A DNA stretch of 64,000 bases from Styela clava (taxonomy: Eukaryota), in assembly GCF_964204865.1 (NCBI RefSeq), contig NC_135251.1, forward strand, positions 18,290,001 to 18,354,000, in the 5' to 3' direction. A model generated the notes under the pieces. The model was not told the origin of the DNA. It searched no databases and saw only the letters and a program-made list of their open reading frames with translations. Below are positions 38,501 through 53,000 of the stretch, one piece after another (within the stretch, counting starts at the first letter, position 1; every line of letters starts with the position of its first letter). Both the position numbers and the translations under genes were made by a program.

Positions 38501-41500
38501 TTTCACGGCACTTGCTCATGCTTTCAACGTACCCAGATTGCATGAATTAGGTGAAATCTTATTGAAGTTTTGCAAATCTCATATTTGGTTCTCGTGTCGA
38601 TAGGTGTATTATCACACATGGTTGGATATAGGTCGAGCTTCCATAGATCCGGAACCAAAAATGCTTACCACGGTAAACGTGTTGTTCCAAGTACATTCGA
38701 GTATAATGTAACACAATATGTAATAAGTATTCGTATATCGTCACGCTAATAACCGAATTGCGTAAGTCATTTTTGGCGGTTTGGAGTTTTTCATGATATA
38801 GGTATTTATGTTATGCTGCGGACCTGTCTGTTAACTCAGATTTTATTTTAAGAATTCCGAAACCCATAAAAATAGAGATTTTGTATGATATGCAAATTTG
38901 TTCAATTGTTTCGTCATAATGAATTATCATTGTTAACGCAGGACTATTGTGAGGCCACAAAGGCAAAATAACCTCGGCGAAGGGTTTTCGAGTTTTTGCA
39001 TCTCAGATTCTAGCTTAGCGCTTATAAATTTCAATTTATACTACAGTATGGACCTTTCCCCGAGCATCGACTTCCTTGTTTACATCGTGACATTGGCCAA
39101 TCAGCAAGATGCAAAAAGTGACGTAACAATGCCCCCTTTTCGCATTCGCTCAGACACTTTTCTCACTCAGACACATTTTCAAGCGTGGTTGTAAACATTA
39201 CCTCGTTTTCGCGATTTTGAACTCTATTCGTTAGTTTTCAGTTGTGTTTAGGAAACTTAAATATAAATCAGATAATTCAATGATCACACTGTCTTCCTAG
39301 GAGCTTTAATTTAATTGCAGTAATAAAAATTAGTGTAAAAATAGCTGTGATAGACTAGCCTGAAATTCTTTACCGGTACTTTTAAAAAACAGATTGTTGT
39401 ATGCGATGAATCATAATGATGGTTTGAAACACATACCCCATTTTACAGGCGCCAACTCGCAAAAGTACTCTTAAAATAGCCCTGAAAATTTTGCAATGGT
39501 AGAGTATAGGGAGAATTTTCCGGTGGTCAAAGGTCGGGGAAAGGTCCATAGGAAGGCGTGCACTTGTGATATTCACTGTCTGAGTCCAATTCACCTTGGT
39601 TGGCTTTTACATAAGAGTAAATTGCTGTTTTATTCTTTATATTTACCTTTAGTCTTATTTCGGTGGATGTGCAGAGCGTGTTATATTGATGAAATATATA
39701 TTTTTAAACATAAAAAATAATGTAATTGAAACAGATTGGCTATTTTGGGGATTAGACATATATACTACGAATTACATCCGTTTTTAGATTGTTTGGTTTC
39801 CAGGACAGGTACATTGTTGTAAAATTGCGTATGTCCCCGCGTACATACATTCAAAGAAGGTCATGCGTTTCACGAGATCGGCGAACCGGTTAGCATTACT
39901 AAAAAAACAAGAGAGCTATGCTCAAATATATGGACACGTAGAGTCACATAATTTTGATGACGTCATAGCGAAAAAAAAAGGAATAGCCTTCTGGAGAAAA
40001 TGTTTATCTTTAACCACTAAAAATTTCAAAGCAATTGGTCCAGTATTCGAAGAGAAAAGCGACTTTTAAAAACGTGTCAAGCGGTACTGAGTTAGCAGTC
40101 AGGCAGCATCTTACCTGTACACTGTAGGCCATATACGGTAATTGATCACAGAACAGTTGTTCCCTTGCAAATTTTATGTTGTTTACACTTTAGGACAGAT
40201 AATTGATCACAGAACAATTCTTCCCTTTCAAATTTTATGTTGTTTCCAGTAGACTCTCATCAAAATAAACAAATATAGTAGGCTACAAGTGCTACAACGC
40301 TTGCATTACTGCACTGGTAGGACCGTGAAAGAATAAGTTACGGTAATTTCATTGTGGTAAGACACCGGTACCGGCACTAGTACCAGTATCGTACTTACGT
40401 ACTGAGCTACCAGTACCGGTTAGCAGTCAGCCAGCATCTTACCTGTACACTGTAGGCCATATACGGTAATTGATCACAGAACAGTTGTTCCCTTGCAAAT
40501 TTTATGTTGTTTACACTTTAGGACAGATAATTGATCACAGAACAATTCTTCCCTTTCAAATTTTATGTTGTTTCCAGTAGACTCTCATCAAAATAAACAA
40601 ATATAGTAGGCTACAAGTGCTACAACGCTTGCATTACTGCACTGGTAGGACCGTGAAAGAATAAGTTACGGTAATTTCATTGTGGTAAGACACCGGTACC
40701 GGCACTAGTACCAGTATCGTACTTACGTACTGAGCTACCAGTACCGGTACCGAACCTGTAGGTCTGATATTCCGTTCCGCATACGATAGGCTATAAAACT
40801 TGCATTGCAGCATTAGTAATACCGCGGAAGGAATGAGTCAATTTCACTGCGTTACGGTACCTGTATGGCAACTTACCAGTACCGACCTACAGTAGCTGTA
40901 GTACTGAGCAAGACAATCGATCGCGAAACCGCTTGAAATAAGTGTAAAACAGTGTTCCCATGAGTAAAAATAAATACCGCGAAATTTTGTATGAAATATC
41001 ATATCTCATAGGATTCATATACAATTTAAGAATAAACAAAAGTAATAGCCTTCTAGCGAAAAAATTAATCTTTCACCACTGAAAATTTCAAAGCAATTGG
41101 TCCAGTATTCGAAGAGAAAAGCGACTTTTTAAAAACGTGTCAAAGAACAAGAACAAGAACAACAACAACATAATATTGAAACGATCGTTATGTCCACTAC
41201 GTGTCCAATAACTTTTGTAACAATACCGGCTGATAAATATGACATTTGTGTGATGAAACCGGCTGACAAAAATTTTGAATCCCACCACTGCATATAACGT
41301 ACGATATGAGAGACTCGATCCTATATTGAATATCGATTCTATTTCATTTTACGACTTTCTTTGCGACTAGAGTTGAGTCTATTACTATTGAATGTTTGAT
41401 TACTGGTATTTCACCTCTACGCAATTAAACATGATACTTGGTACTTATGCTATGTTTCATGATCTTTTGTTTAGAAAAATCAAGATGCATATAACGACGA

Positions 41501-44500
41501 AAAACGAAAGAGCTATAACACACAATATATTTGGTTACATACGTGGAGAGGTAGAGCCAGGTATGATATTACTGGAGTCCAGGTAAACATAGAATCGGAT
41601 TACCAATTAATCAACAAAGTATTTATTCACTATATGACTATATACCGTAGATGGCGGATTACGCACATCTACATCAGGGAAGACACTTGCTGCTACCCCA
41701 GCATTAGAGTAAAGCAGTGCTATACCAACACAGGTCAGAGCAATAGCCTCCCACTTCATCAATCTACCAAGCTTCACCGGGTCGTTAGTCTGCGATAATC
41801 CCTGTCCACAAAAGAAAATTTGAAACAGAATTGCTTCAATGAATTTTCCGAAGTTGCAATGAAATTGCAATTGTTGCAATGTAGTGTAAAAGACAATTGA
41901 CACACGTTGCATATAATCATACATAGCATTCTAGCGAGAAAGAAATATCGACTATAACCAGAATCAAAACCAATACAGTAGTTACAAATGTGATATCTGT
42001 AAAAAGTTTCCAAGTTATTTGGCCAATCCCCAAATTGGAGAAAGAATCGTGGATAGGCAAGGTATCGTTGTATTAAAATCGCTCATTGTTTCGCATATAG
42101 AATTGCGATAGAATAACTACAAGTGATTTTAAGTGATTCAAAACTTACATCATGTTGACATTGAGATTCCATGAATAAAATACTATTGATATTGTTGAGC
42201 ACAGTTGATAAGTTGTTTGAAGTAAGTTGGTTAGCCAAAGAATGGTTTACCAAAGAATGCTCGAAAACATAGGAAATTCTATGCTTTATATTCATTTGTG
42301 AGATGATAAATTTGTCCTTGAGGTCAACTCTTTTTATGGACTTTTTAAAAACTATACCGATTAAATTGTACCAATTTTTAGGTAGGTCGAACCAGATTTC
42401 GGATACGACAAATGTTCAGTGTCTTTTTGACGTTCAGAATACGTCCGCATAGCGGACCGTTATTCAGATATCAAGTACTATTTGAAATGAACAAATAAGA
42501 CCCCAAACATTAAAACAGATCGAAACTAGTCTTTGTAATATTTTTGTATATTCTGACAACAATTTGATAAACATACGTCATAATAATCAAGCGATACGGG
42601 ATGAAACACGTCAACCCGTCCGTCTTCCTTGCTTTAATTACTTCGTAATTAACGAAAGTCAATACCAATATGCAGTGTTTGGCCTTTCAATTGCTAAGAC
42701 ACTATACAGCAAAGTATCTATAAAATTCAAAACTTTTATAGTGACACCACCTGTTTTGATACATGCATCTTAATGATATTCAAGAGATCAAGCGTAGATG
42801 TGAATAGCGTACAGCGTCGTTTGTCAAAAAAGTGGAAAATTTAAAATACCCTGAATATCCAATCACTTTATTTAGAAAACCAAATATTTACAATTTTCAG
42901 TTGTTCTTGGAATATTTCATGCAGTGGTAAACTTAATAAATAGAGATTCGACCATACAGAAAGACAACTTTCGCCAAATCAATTATGATTACATGTAAAA
43001 ATGTATTTCTTGCAGATCGTTACGTCTTGATTGGGAATCACAGAGATGCTTGGGTTTTTGGAGCGATGGATCCATCATCTGGCACTGCAGCTCAACTGGA
43101 AATTGGCCGTTCTATTGGGGTAGCTGTTAAAAAGGGTTGGAGACCACGAAGAACAATTGTGTTATGTAACTGGGGTGCGGAAGAATACGGAGTTATAGGC
43201 TCTACAGAATGGGTGGAAGTAAGCCAATAATTTTTCATAGCATACGTCTTCTACATAACGAAAGGTAATGAAAAAATTCAGGCACTATTTTACGGGATAA
43301 GTCTGCTTTTTGGACGGATGTATCCGTGTCAGATGACCATATCAAGCTAAATGGCGTTCGCTGTGCTATATTGTGTTCTTTTTCAGGAGTTTCAAAAACT
43401 ACTCTCATCCAGGAGCGTCGCGTATTTGAATATTGACACCGCAGTGCAAGGAAATTATACGTTGAGGATGGGAGCAGGCCCGCATCTCAATGAATTGATA
43501 TTTAATTCAGCAAAGTTTATTGAGACACCCCACGACAGCGAAATTGGTGATGGTCGTAACACAATGTACGAAACTTGGGCGGATCGCAGCCCTAAAGACT
43601 CTGCAGACCCGAACAGTCTTCCATTGTGAGTATGCCCATTTTGGTATGATCCTGCATACTCTTCGCATGATATCAATTTTATTCACCTTTCTTGTTTTTT
43701 TTTAAATTCCCCTATCATTCCCTATTTTTCCGTCTTTATATATCATACCATTTCTATCTTATTATTTTAACATAATTTCAGAATATCAACGCTTGGATCT
43801 GGGAGCGACTACATGGCCTTCATACAAATTACCGGAATACCATCAGTGCATATTCGTTATTACTACGATACAGTAAGTTCTTCCATGCAATGTAATTTTA
43901 GACTAACAATATAAAATTTATCTATGTATATTTCAGGTGTTCTTTATAAATAGATCTTTTTTATTTTAACATTAAACATAAGATATCATTGTATTTAGAA
44001 TATTGACGCATTTTGCTGAGAAGCAGGCTTGAAAACTCACCGTTAATTTTATTGATTACCCCGCGCGAGACACAAGTTTGCAACCCATAAATTATTACGT
44101 GCAAAAATATAAGCGGTATCTTTGCTGTTACATGTTAGTCCACGTCACCACTGGTCAGCTTGAAAACGCAAAAATGTGATATTTGAGAAAACACACCGGC
44201 CACGTTTCAAGATAAAAAAAAATTAGTAATTATCAAGTTAAGGTTAGTAGCGATTCGAAAATTTGAATTTCTACGAAAATCTGTATTCCTAACCCTAACC
44301 GGAACTGGATAATTACCTATTGTTTTATTCAGAGCGGTGGCGGGGGTGTTATTTTGGCTGGCGCTTCCCACAAAAGATCCAAGGGAATAAAAATACCACA
44401 ATATACTTCCTATTGAATTCAGTGTCAATACTGCTATGTGCGATGCAGTTTGGACTACTAAATCGAAGTGAAATAGCAATGCTCAAATATATGGACACGC

Positions 44501-47500
44501 AGAACAATTCCCCAAAAATCATATGCGGTGACTTACCAGTACCTGTATAAACAAAGCACGACATCACGGCAATCTAACAGACAAAATCTCGGTGGTCGCA
44601 AATTGGTTGACAAAGATATTATCGACGTATTGGAAATGCGCACCCCCCCTATTCCCCCTCGTTTAAATGTAAAAACGCGAAACCTTCAAAGATGGTTAAA
44701 AGAAACACAACTCTACCCACCTGCCAAGTTTCATTATTTTATCTCCTATATTTGTATGGATTTTCAAGGTTTTGACAGCTACGAGTTAGTTCAGTGTCAC
44801 CGCGCTGTATTACGGTACCAGAACTTCTCTATCTTTAAAAACATTGGGCTTCTAATTGCATTTCTGACCGTCATATATTTTAATAAGAACACGGTTATTT
44901 CGAACAAAACTCATCAAATTATAAACAAAGCACCACATCACAGCAATCAAACAGACAAAAACACGGTGGTCGCAAATTGGTTGGTTGGTTACCCCAGGGT
45001 GCTTCAAGGTTGCTAGGTTGAAGGACCGCAAAAGCTTTTGAGGAGGTCTCGCGGGCCGCAAGTCGGAGAAACCCCTAAAGTGATCGAAATATCGCTAGTT
45101 TACTCAGTTCAAATTTAATAAAGAACGAGAGTTTACCGTTCTAATCAGACTATTATTATGTTGCATGGGTGGCGTTCTTTTGAAGAAGATTTATAAAACC
45201 TTCAGTTATTTTAAAGTTAATTCCCGAGAATTACCGTTGTATTTTGCGCATCTCGCGTTGTCGCTTCAAATTATTTTCTTCCGTGACAGATATTACGGTA
45301 CTTGAAATCAAAACAGACACTGTGTAATGGGCAAGGAAATACGTTTCCGCCGTGTTTTCCTCATGTCACATTTCTTGCGACACTCATTTTATTACGAATT
45401 GTTATATTGAGTAATTTAAAAACTTGCAGCGTGAGCAAGCTTAGTGCCATCGTCAAATACCAACCAAGTCCGTCTAAATTGGTATTTCGGGACCTAGCTA
45501 AAAAATGGATTGCGCGGCGTTAAGTTGGTTCTGCGTTTCGTCACTACTATCAGATGGCCGACCTTTGAAAACAGAGGAGTGTTTTTACTAAAATAAAGGC
45601 ACAAAGCGTCAGAAAAAGGGTTTGAATCTCGGGATCCCAACCCCAGTTGAAATAGCAAAAAAAAACTCAAAAACGTTCCTCCATTAGATACAAATATACG
45701 CTAAAATTAATCTGTGAGCCGCACGGAATGTATCAGCATGACAGGGTTTAGACCACCCTGGTCTACCTTGTCAAAAAACTCCCGACTTCGCTAACCACTA
45801 GATCGTTGAAATGCGACCGTGGAACCGCCACATAGTGGAAATAGTTCCTTGGTCCAATTGTTGAAAAGAAAAGAAATATTTTTAAAAAGAAAAATGCAGC
45901 AACAAGGAGAATACTAGGAAGGAAAAACAACAACAAATTAAGAAAACGATTCATAGATCCATTTCGTGTCCAATAAATGAGTCCCAGTGTTTATTTTTAA
46001 TAAAGAAGGTTAATATATACTAGTATAATAGATACTTGAAGACGAAAAATAAGCGAATATTTTGAAGTTTTAGTCGTCTGGTGAATTCGTAATATTTTAA
46101 TAAACATCGATAAACTATATAAAATTCTGCTCTAAAATTTCTGTGGTGCCCCTCTTTGCTTGGTGCCCTAAGCACGTGCTTATATTGTTTAATGGTTAAC
46201 CCGGCGCTGGGTCTACCGTACCTTTAGCATCACCGCCATTCACCGGTAACCTCGAAAAACTTGCGATTTGCAACGACTTTCAGAATCCGCCGTCACGCCA
46301 ACGTTCAATGTCACGTGATCAAAAAGAGGAGTGCCTGCATATGCGTCCGCAGAACGTTCAGTGACGTCATAGCAAACAAAAACAAATCTCACCGAGCTAA
46401 CAGAAATATTTGAAATAGATAAAAGTAATAGCCTTCTGGAGAAAGATTTCATATTTAACCACTAAAAATTTCAAAGCACTCGGTCCAGTGATCAAAGAGA
46501 AAAGCGGTTTTTTAATATTTCCACTAGTGTCCAAACAAAGAACAACAAGAACAACAAGAACAACAAGAACAACAAGAACAACATAACAACAAAACGATCG
46601 TTATGTCCACTAAATGTGTCCAATAATAGGCTGTGCTACGACGAGAACTAGTACAGTTCGTTTTCAACACTCTAACTAAACTCTAACCCACACTCACAAT
46701 TTATTTTCAGTCAATTGGAATTCGATCATATCCTGTTTACCACTCAGTGTATGAAACATTTGACCTCGTGAAGGATATCGTAGATCCAGACTTCAGAATC
46801 ACGAAATCAGTTGCTCAGCTGACTGCTGAAATTGCTTGGAGACTCATTGACAATCCTGTCTTACCTCTAAATTGCGTGGATTACGCTGCTAGATTATGGG
46901 AAGACAAAGATATTTTTGTGCAGGCTTATGGACAATTGATGTCAGATAACGGGATCAATTTAAGTAAGTTGTATTAGGTTTGATCCAAGTCTTAAAGTCA
47001 AAATACTAACTCGGGGACACTATAAAGTTGGAGGTTGCACTTGAAGTCACTAATATCGTTAACTTGACACACGAGTAGATAGAGTCTTTATAATACAGAA
47101 TGAACCAAAAATTTTTTAATTCAATTTAGAATAATATAACTAACCATAATTGATCTTGTTATACATCTTGTAGTATGAAATATCAAAACATCTACTATTT
47201 CAGATGAATTTGATTACGCACTGCAAAATTTTTCATCTGCTGCAGAAGACATGCAAACAAGGGTAAAAAACGTGAATATCGCAAAGTTAGTTGAAACTAG
47301 TTATTTTGTTCTTTTATTTCCAAGTCATCAAAAATTTGAATAGTTAATCGCGTTATTTTATATATTCAGTTAGTGTATTTGAAGATGAAGTAATGTAGTC
47401 TTTCAGATTTTTAATTTGCATTCATTCTGGATTTTTGAATTTTGCAAATTACATTGAACAAGCTTAAATAATATAGTGGATTTAGTTCTTTTTTTAAACA

Positions 47501-48997
47501 AAAAAAGAAATGAAATAAAACAAATATTAAATGGTGCCTCTCCCTAAACGGAGTGGTTTAGCGTCTTGAAACGTAATCACTCAACAATATATTCATAAGC
47601 ATTCTTTTTCTACTCTTCCACTAGCAAGTAACATTATTCACTTTCGTTTAGTGATATCGAACTCCGAGCTATAAATGATCAGTTGATGCAGCTGGAACGA
47701 GCATTTATTGATATGAATGGAATAGGAAACAGAACTAATGTGAGGTAACATATCATAACTTTTTCGTCTTTTTCGTAGTATATGTTCATTCTCTAGTTCC
47801 ACATATTCATCCTTGTTTGCTGATCATCACAATACACCATGAATGTGTTTGCGCGAATCTGTGCAAGCCCTCTGATTCCCACAACTGGTTCTAATGCACT
47901 ACAACTCTTCCTTGTGAATTGACTCCTTCTTTCTATTCATGTACCTAAGAATTGTTTTACTTGAAATTAAATTTTCATATACTGCATTCAACTTACTTAG
48001 TTATATTCAAGGCATGTGATATACGCACCGAGTCTGCACGATACATACGCAAGTTCTGCGTTTCCGGGTTTGGTTGATTCATTGTTTGATATTGATTCCG
48101 ATCCCGACCCAGAAAAAAGATGGAGAGAGGTATGATATAACAGATACTATTAAAATTAATGAGGATTGATGTGGGTTAAATTAGGAAAAATGTTATATTA
48201 TTGAAGAAGCTAGTAAGGATTTGGTTCCAATACTATTTGTTTTTTAATATTTTTTTGAAACGCATTTTCATACGGCTTTTTTTTTACATATGTTAGCATA
48301 TGCTTACGAAATATAACTAACTACTCGTGCGAATATTTCCATTCAGATCGATAATGCACGACGGTCACCGGCGACATGCCGGAACCCTCGTTTCCGCGGC
48401 AGCAAATGAAATCGTTTCCTATCATTTTAAGGGCTCCTGTGGGTATTAAAATGAAAATACAGCATTAATATAAAAAAATTCGCTTCTGCTCCAAAATGAC
48501 AGTTCTTGAATTGAAAAATAAACTCTGATTGCTAACGTAATATATAGCTAACGCCGACAGTATACTATATACTGCCCGAAACTCCGCAAATGCGGCTGTT
48601 ATCTGGTATAGGACACCATATCCAAATTAGGATTTTCATTGACAGCTTTGAGAGTTTTACAAAATCCTTGACCAAAATCGAAATATCTTCGAATTTGATT
48701 AAATTGAGGTCATATTTAGGTGCATCGTTGATGATTTATTTTTAACATATTTTCAAACTAATTTATAGAATATTATAATGAGTTATCATAGCCATGTATA
48801 TCAAAATAAGGTTATGCAAAGTACAGCGTGGTCTTTTCTCATATCGTCCGGCACAAATAATCTCTGAATCTTGATTTTGATATTACTTTTACTCATTGTA
48901 GGTTAGACGCCAATACTCCATTCTTCTCTTCCATATCGGTTCAGCTGCCTCCACATTGAGGGACGTCGTTCCGGTCAAAGGATATTCAAATTATTAA
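35578..48997 (+). CDS. Glutamate carboxypeptidase II / NAALADase-like M28B metallopeptidase (FOLH1/NAALAD2 family), 15 exons, ~747 aa once one missing base is restored
   Basis: Exons 35578-35774, 35906-36084, 36283-36392, 36698-36823, 37536-37715, 38139-38328, 41475-41560, 43016-43218, 43387-43625, 43782-43872, 46711-46963, 47204-47285, 47652-47744, 48012-48129 and 48902-48997. Features: N-terminal signal anchor; PA domain (YVNYAR, LILYSDP, GDPLTP); Zn and catalytic motifs GNHRDAW, DPSSG, WGAEEYG, YLNID, YPVYHS; C-terminal [13 protein letters not shown] and RHVIYAPS. The exons sum to 2243 nt, one short of a multiple of 3. Confidence 0.9.
39906..41210 (+). mobile_element. Non-autonomous Helentron/DINE-1-like element (composite copy with an internal tandem duplication)
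   Basis: The 5' end reads AACAAGAGAGCTATGCTCAAATATATGGACACG. Sub-terminal inverted repeat TGGACACGTAG (39931) / CTACGTGTCCA (41197). An AAGAAC/AAC microsatellite lies near the 3' end, and the conserved AATAGCCTTCT...TTTCAAAGCAATTGGTCCAGT block occurs twice. The class assignment is inference. Confidence 0.6.
40091..40748. repeat. Near-identical 328-bp tandem duplication; each unit has two ~61-bp subrepeats
   Basis: GTTAGCAGTCAG(G/C)CAGCATCTTACCTG starts at 40091 and at 40419. AATTGATCACAGAACA...AAATTTTATGTTGTTT occurs twice per unit. Confidence 0.93.
44470..46625 (+). mobile_element. Cluster of diverged or nested copies of the same Helentron-like family plus hAT-like fragments, in an M28B intron
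   Basis: 5' motif GCAATGCTCAAATATATGGACACG at ~44476. 3' motifs ...AAACGAT...GTGTCCAATA at ~45970 and ~46620. (AAGAACAAC)n microsatellite at ~46538-46590. Boundaries are approximate. Confidence 0.55.
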
Positions 48998-50559
48998 GAA
49001 TTACATGTATCATTTACTTTAATCATTTTGCAATCAAAATTATTTCGATTAAAATAATGGAATAATAATTTTATGAGAATGCATTAAAGAAACTTACGTC
49101 CTTAGATTGATCATGAAGACATGAAATAAAGACTACATTCGCAAAAGGCCGTATAATTTTGTTTAATTTCTTTCTCGTGCATTACGTATTTTGTAAATAT
49201 TTGATAATCATTCACTTCCATATACAAATAGCCCGAGTGCTTTTTTATGAAAAAATATACCTTAGCGACAGCGATGCAAATAAATATTTATGGTACCTAA
49301 ATAACGTAAGTACGGGATTCGAAAAAAAAATATTGTTTTTTCGATTAACCCTTGTAAACTGATACATCCTGCAACTGCTGACACCCAATTCCAAATTTAT
49401 ACCACCTTCAAACCACTAATATAACGAGATTGGGAATAAGGTAATGAAAAACAGCCTTCTATATCGGAATCATACATTGTCCAAGCATTTACGTCCACAC
49501 CCACCCCGTATATATAAATAAATTGAAATAAGATCTTCGATTTAAAATTGATGATTCAAGAGATGAATAAAAGTATATATTATTCATATCGGCGTTTACC
49601 AACCTTCACATACCCTCGCAGTCTGTTAACATTAAATAAAATGACTTCGCGCAACGGTAACAAAATATTGAAATGAGTGAAACGGAAAGTATTAACTTGT
49701 GTTTGAGCAACATAATTCATATTTTAGCATAAACTAGGACAGCTTAAAAAACACGACACATCAAAAAACAGCTCAAACCACAAATGGTCAATTAGACTCA
49801 TATATACAATTTTACATTCACGTGGAAGGTGAACATTGGCGCGAAATTTTAAAATATTTGAACTTACGTTTCACACGAAGGATATAAAAGATAGTACAAT
49901 TTTTTCAACGAGCAATATTCTAATTTGTTGTATAAATATGATGATACTTACGTAACACTGTTCATTTTTTATGCGATGAGAAGTCTATTTCAACTAAATC
50001 AAGTATGCCTAGATTTATTTAGTATCCAAGAGATTTAACAAAACGCTTTCGTGACGCAACTGAACCTGAAAAGTGTGATTATTCGCCAGCCAAAACACCG
50101 TTGGGCAATCTATACCATCATACTTTCCAAACCCCTAATTGATCGACTAGAGGGAAACCGCCTAAACTAGCATAGTAGTTTAGTCTTTTCGGTAACCAAT
50201 CGCTTACGATGACAGAAAAAAAAAAAAAATTCGCGTCCGGTGAAGAAAATAACTTTGTGAACCTCCAGAGGTCCGAGTACCAGAGCTTGGGAACTACTGA
50301 TCGAAGAATTGTAATGCTAATAAAATTATTTGATACAAAGATCGTTTTTCTAAACTGCTCTTGTTGTTCTTGTAAAGAATGTTCTTGTTAATTAAAAATC
50401 ACTTCCCCAACACCTAATGGATCAATCGACTTCAATATTTAAATTATTTATATTTAATATTTAATTTTCCTTTGAGTTCTATTGGACACATTATTTCACC
50501 CCAAATTCTTCTATTTTATTTTTATTGAAGAGAAACAGTATTTTTTTCGTCGCGCTTGG

Positions 50560-50750
50560 CCAGTCTTTTTTGTCAACTCGGTGCTGTAAGGTCTCATTCG
50601 GACTATATTTGAACATTGTTCTTTCATTTATTAAAAATTGCAAGAGATCAAGAACAACGACGCATAGGTTCACTTTGTGTTCATTGAACAATAGATGTGA
50701 CATGAAACGAACATGGCAGGCAGTCAAGGAGATTGTCGTTAAACAGTAAC
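50560..50750 (+). mobile_element. Possible LINE ORF2 fragment
   Basis: The translation CDMKRTWQAVKEIV resembles the K.TW..I..L motif found between the endonuclease and RT in CR1/L2-type LINEs. It is short and decayed. Confidence 0.3.
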
Positions 50751-50954
50751 AAAGCAACTCACCAGTACCAGGACTAACACTCGGATATGGTTTTGTACCT
50801 ACAGCAATGAGCTTAAATATATATTCATAAAACATTGAGAGAAATTTATTCACTGCTGATTAAAAGAAAATTGCAGACATAATTCTGAAAGGTTAGGCAT
50901 ATTTCCATATGCCAAAAACATCCAGTTTGAGATGATTAATCAAGCACGCTAGAC

Positions 50955-52103
50955 CAGGGGTCGGCAACCCCTGGCACGCGTGCCCGTTGTGGCACGCGAG
51001 AGGATTTCTCCATGTCAAGCCACGATATTTAGTTTCGTAGTACGACAAACATTCTACAATTGAACAAAAAATAACAAATTGACAAATACATTGAAAAAAC
51101 ATGCAATATTTATCTGCAATCGACGAGAGGCCGAAATCTGTACCTAAAATCGGTGTAGATAAGCGGTGCAGTCGATCATCCACCTCCTTCAAAATTTTTG
51201 GAAAACTGAAAAAGTCGCAAATACCACAGAATTGAAATTCGCTGAGAGTTATTATACGATCAATCGAAACTAAATACAATTAGGCATGTTTATCTCATGT
51301 TTTTACACCGAAAGATTAGGTGGTATTTCAGACTGATAGTGTTTATATTTTGACGCAAGAAGACGTAACCGCGAGTTACGTTTGACACAAAGATCAATAT
51401 AGAAGAAAGTTTTAGATTCTCCTATAGCTCTCATGAAATGAATATTTTACTGGAGAGGTATACGATATTGGTAGACGATTCTTGGCCTTTCTAACGAACG
51501 AGCGCGTAATCGCGGCGACTGTTTCATAAGGGAATGGAAATTTTCGGTTTTGAAACACCCCCTTTCGAAAATCCTGACTGCGCGCTTGGCTGATTTTCAT
51601 CATTTCACCGTGAGCTACATGTAGCCCTAACAAAAACGATCGGGTCAGGGCATAATTTCATTCCAATTTTCCTTATTTCCGTTCTATTACAATTTTCGAA
51701 ACTAGCCAAATGACTCTTGTAGTATTTGTACCTGAAATTATGGCCTAACCCTAACCTGGTACAAACACTACGTTCCGGTGTCCGCCATCATGGTGCACAG
51801 ACTACGGGAGTACCAAAATTAATTTTATCTCCTTTAGTATTTGGCTACAAAAATAATCGCGAGTGGCCTTAATACCTATTAAGTCGTCCAAAGACAGGTC
51901 TGATGTAGAAATGCCGTATGCCGAAAACTCTCGTATGCTAGTTTCCATGCACGTTATCCAATAAAATGAATTTGTTTCTCATCCGCTTACTATTCAAATC
52001 GGGTAGTTGTCTATGCAAACCATACACATAAAAATGTTTGGCACGTGAAGGTGCTCATTTTTCATAAACTGGCACGCTGAGTTCAAAAAGTTGCCGACCC
52101 CTG
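50955..52103. mobile_element. Non-autonomous hAT (Charlie-like) DNA transposon
   Basis: 14-bp perfect TIRs CAGGGGTCGGCAAC / GTTGCCGACCCCTG, with an 8-bp TSD CGCTAGAC (50947) / CGCTAGAT (52104). No transposase ORF. Confidence 0.9.
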
Positions 52104-53000
52104 CGCTAGATTATCAACCGATTTATGATTTATCCTTTCGGGAAAATATTTTACCATATATAACTTTAGTTTTCAGATAAATCATTCAGCAAATCATGCA
52201 GTTATTGGCTTTATCATAAATTTCATTACTTCTAGAAAAATATGTTTGATCTGCATTTTTAGACCAATGGGATATTTGATATTGTCATAGCATAATCATA
52301 CCCTATATAGGTAAGTCACAATAGAACTCGAGGTTGGCATATATATGACTCTTCGAAAATTATCTTCAGGATGGAATCCGGTATGTAATAGTTATCACTG
52401 ATTATTCTGAAGTTTTTTCAATTGAATCCGGAATGATTCAATGTTCTCGCACAAGTCCTCTACTGTCCATCCGTTTCACAAACAATTCCTTATACTGGTA
52501 TGAATTGTTCACAAAACTATCGAAATCAGCATTCAGTAATTGGAGATGCTTGCACATAGCTTTATTCCAGATTCTCATTTAATAATGTTTCAAACAACAA
52601 ATTATTCTTCCAATCTTTGATACTGTTTTATTTCTCAATCTGGCATGCTCACCAATTTTGCAGAGGTAGGGTTCTCCATTGCATAAGCTTTCCAAGTCTG
52701 TAAAACCCTCAGAAAATTTTGTGTGATTAAAAACAGAACAATAGTTGAAGGCGTGACATAAACAGATAACAAATAGACTATAGAGCATCAAAAACACATC
52801 CAACGTTAAACGTAGTCAGAAAAAGTAGATTGAGCAATTCTAAAACGGGGTAACGTGGATGGCGATCTCGGATTCAGCCATGATTTCCAATAATAGTGAA
52901 ATTTATTCAAGTATATCCGCCATGTATTCAGAATATATCATTCGCAACCATGGCTCTGACTTCTTCACACTCCTGTACAAGACCCTAAAATAATAAAAAC

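Noticed and set aside
44528-45016. 162-aa ORF inside an M28B intron
   Set aside because: It lies in nested repeat remnants and has no domain or splice support.
44995-45760. Complete hAT element bounded by CAGGGTG/CACCCTG
   Set aside because: The TIR match is only 7 bp and the flanking 8-mers (GGTTACCC, GTCTACCT) are not a convincing TSD.
47545-47585. tRNA gene (A-box-like GGAGTGGTTTAGCG)
   Set aside because: No B box or cloverleaf follows, so it is at most a SINE head fragment.
51744-51756. Telomeric repeat (CCTAACCCTAACC, also at ~44288)
   Set aside because: Only two units, embedded in transposon remnants.
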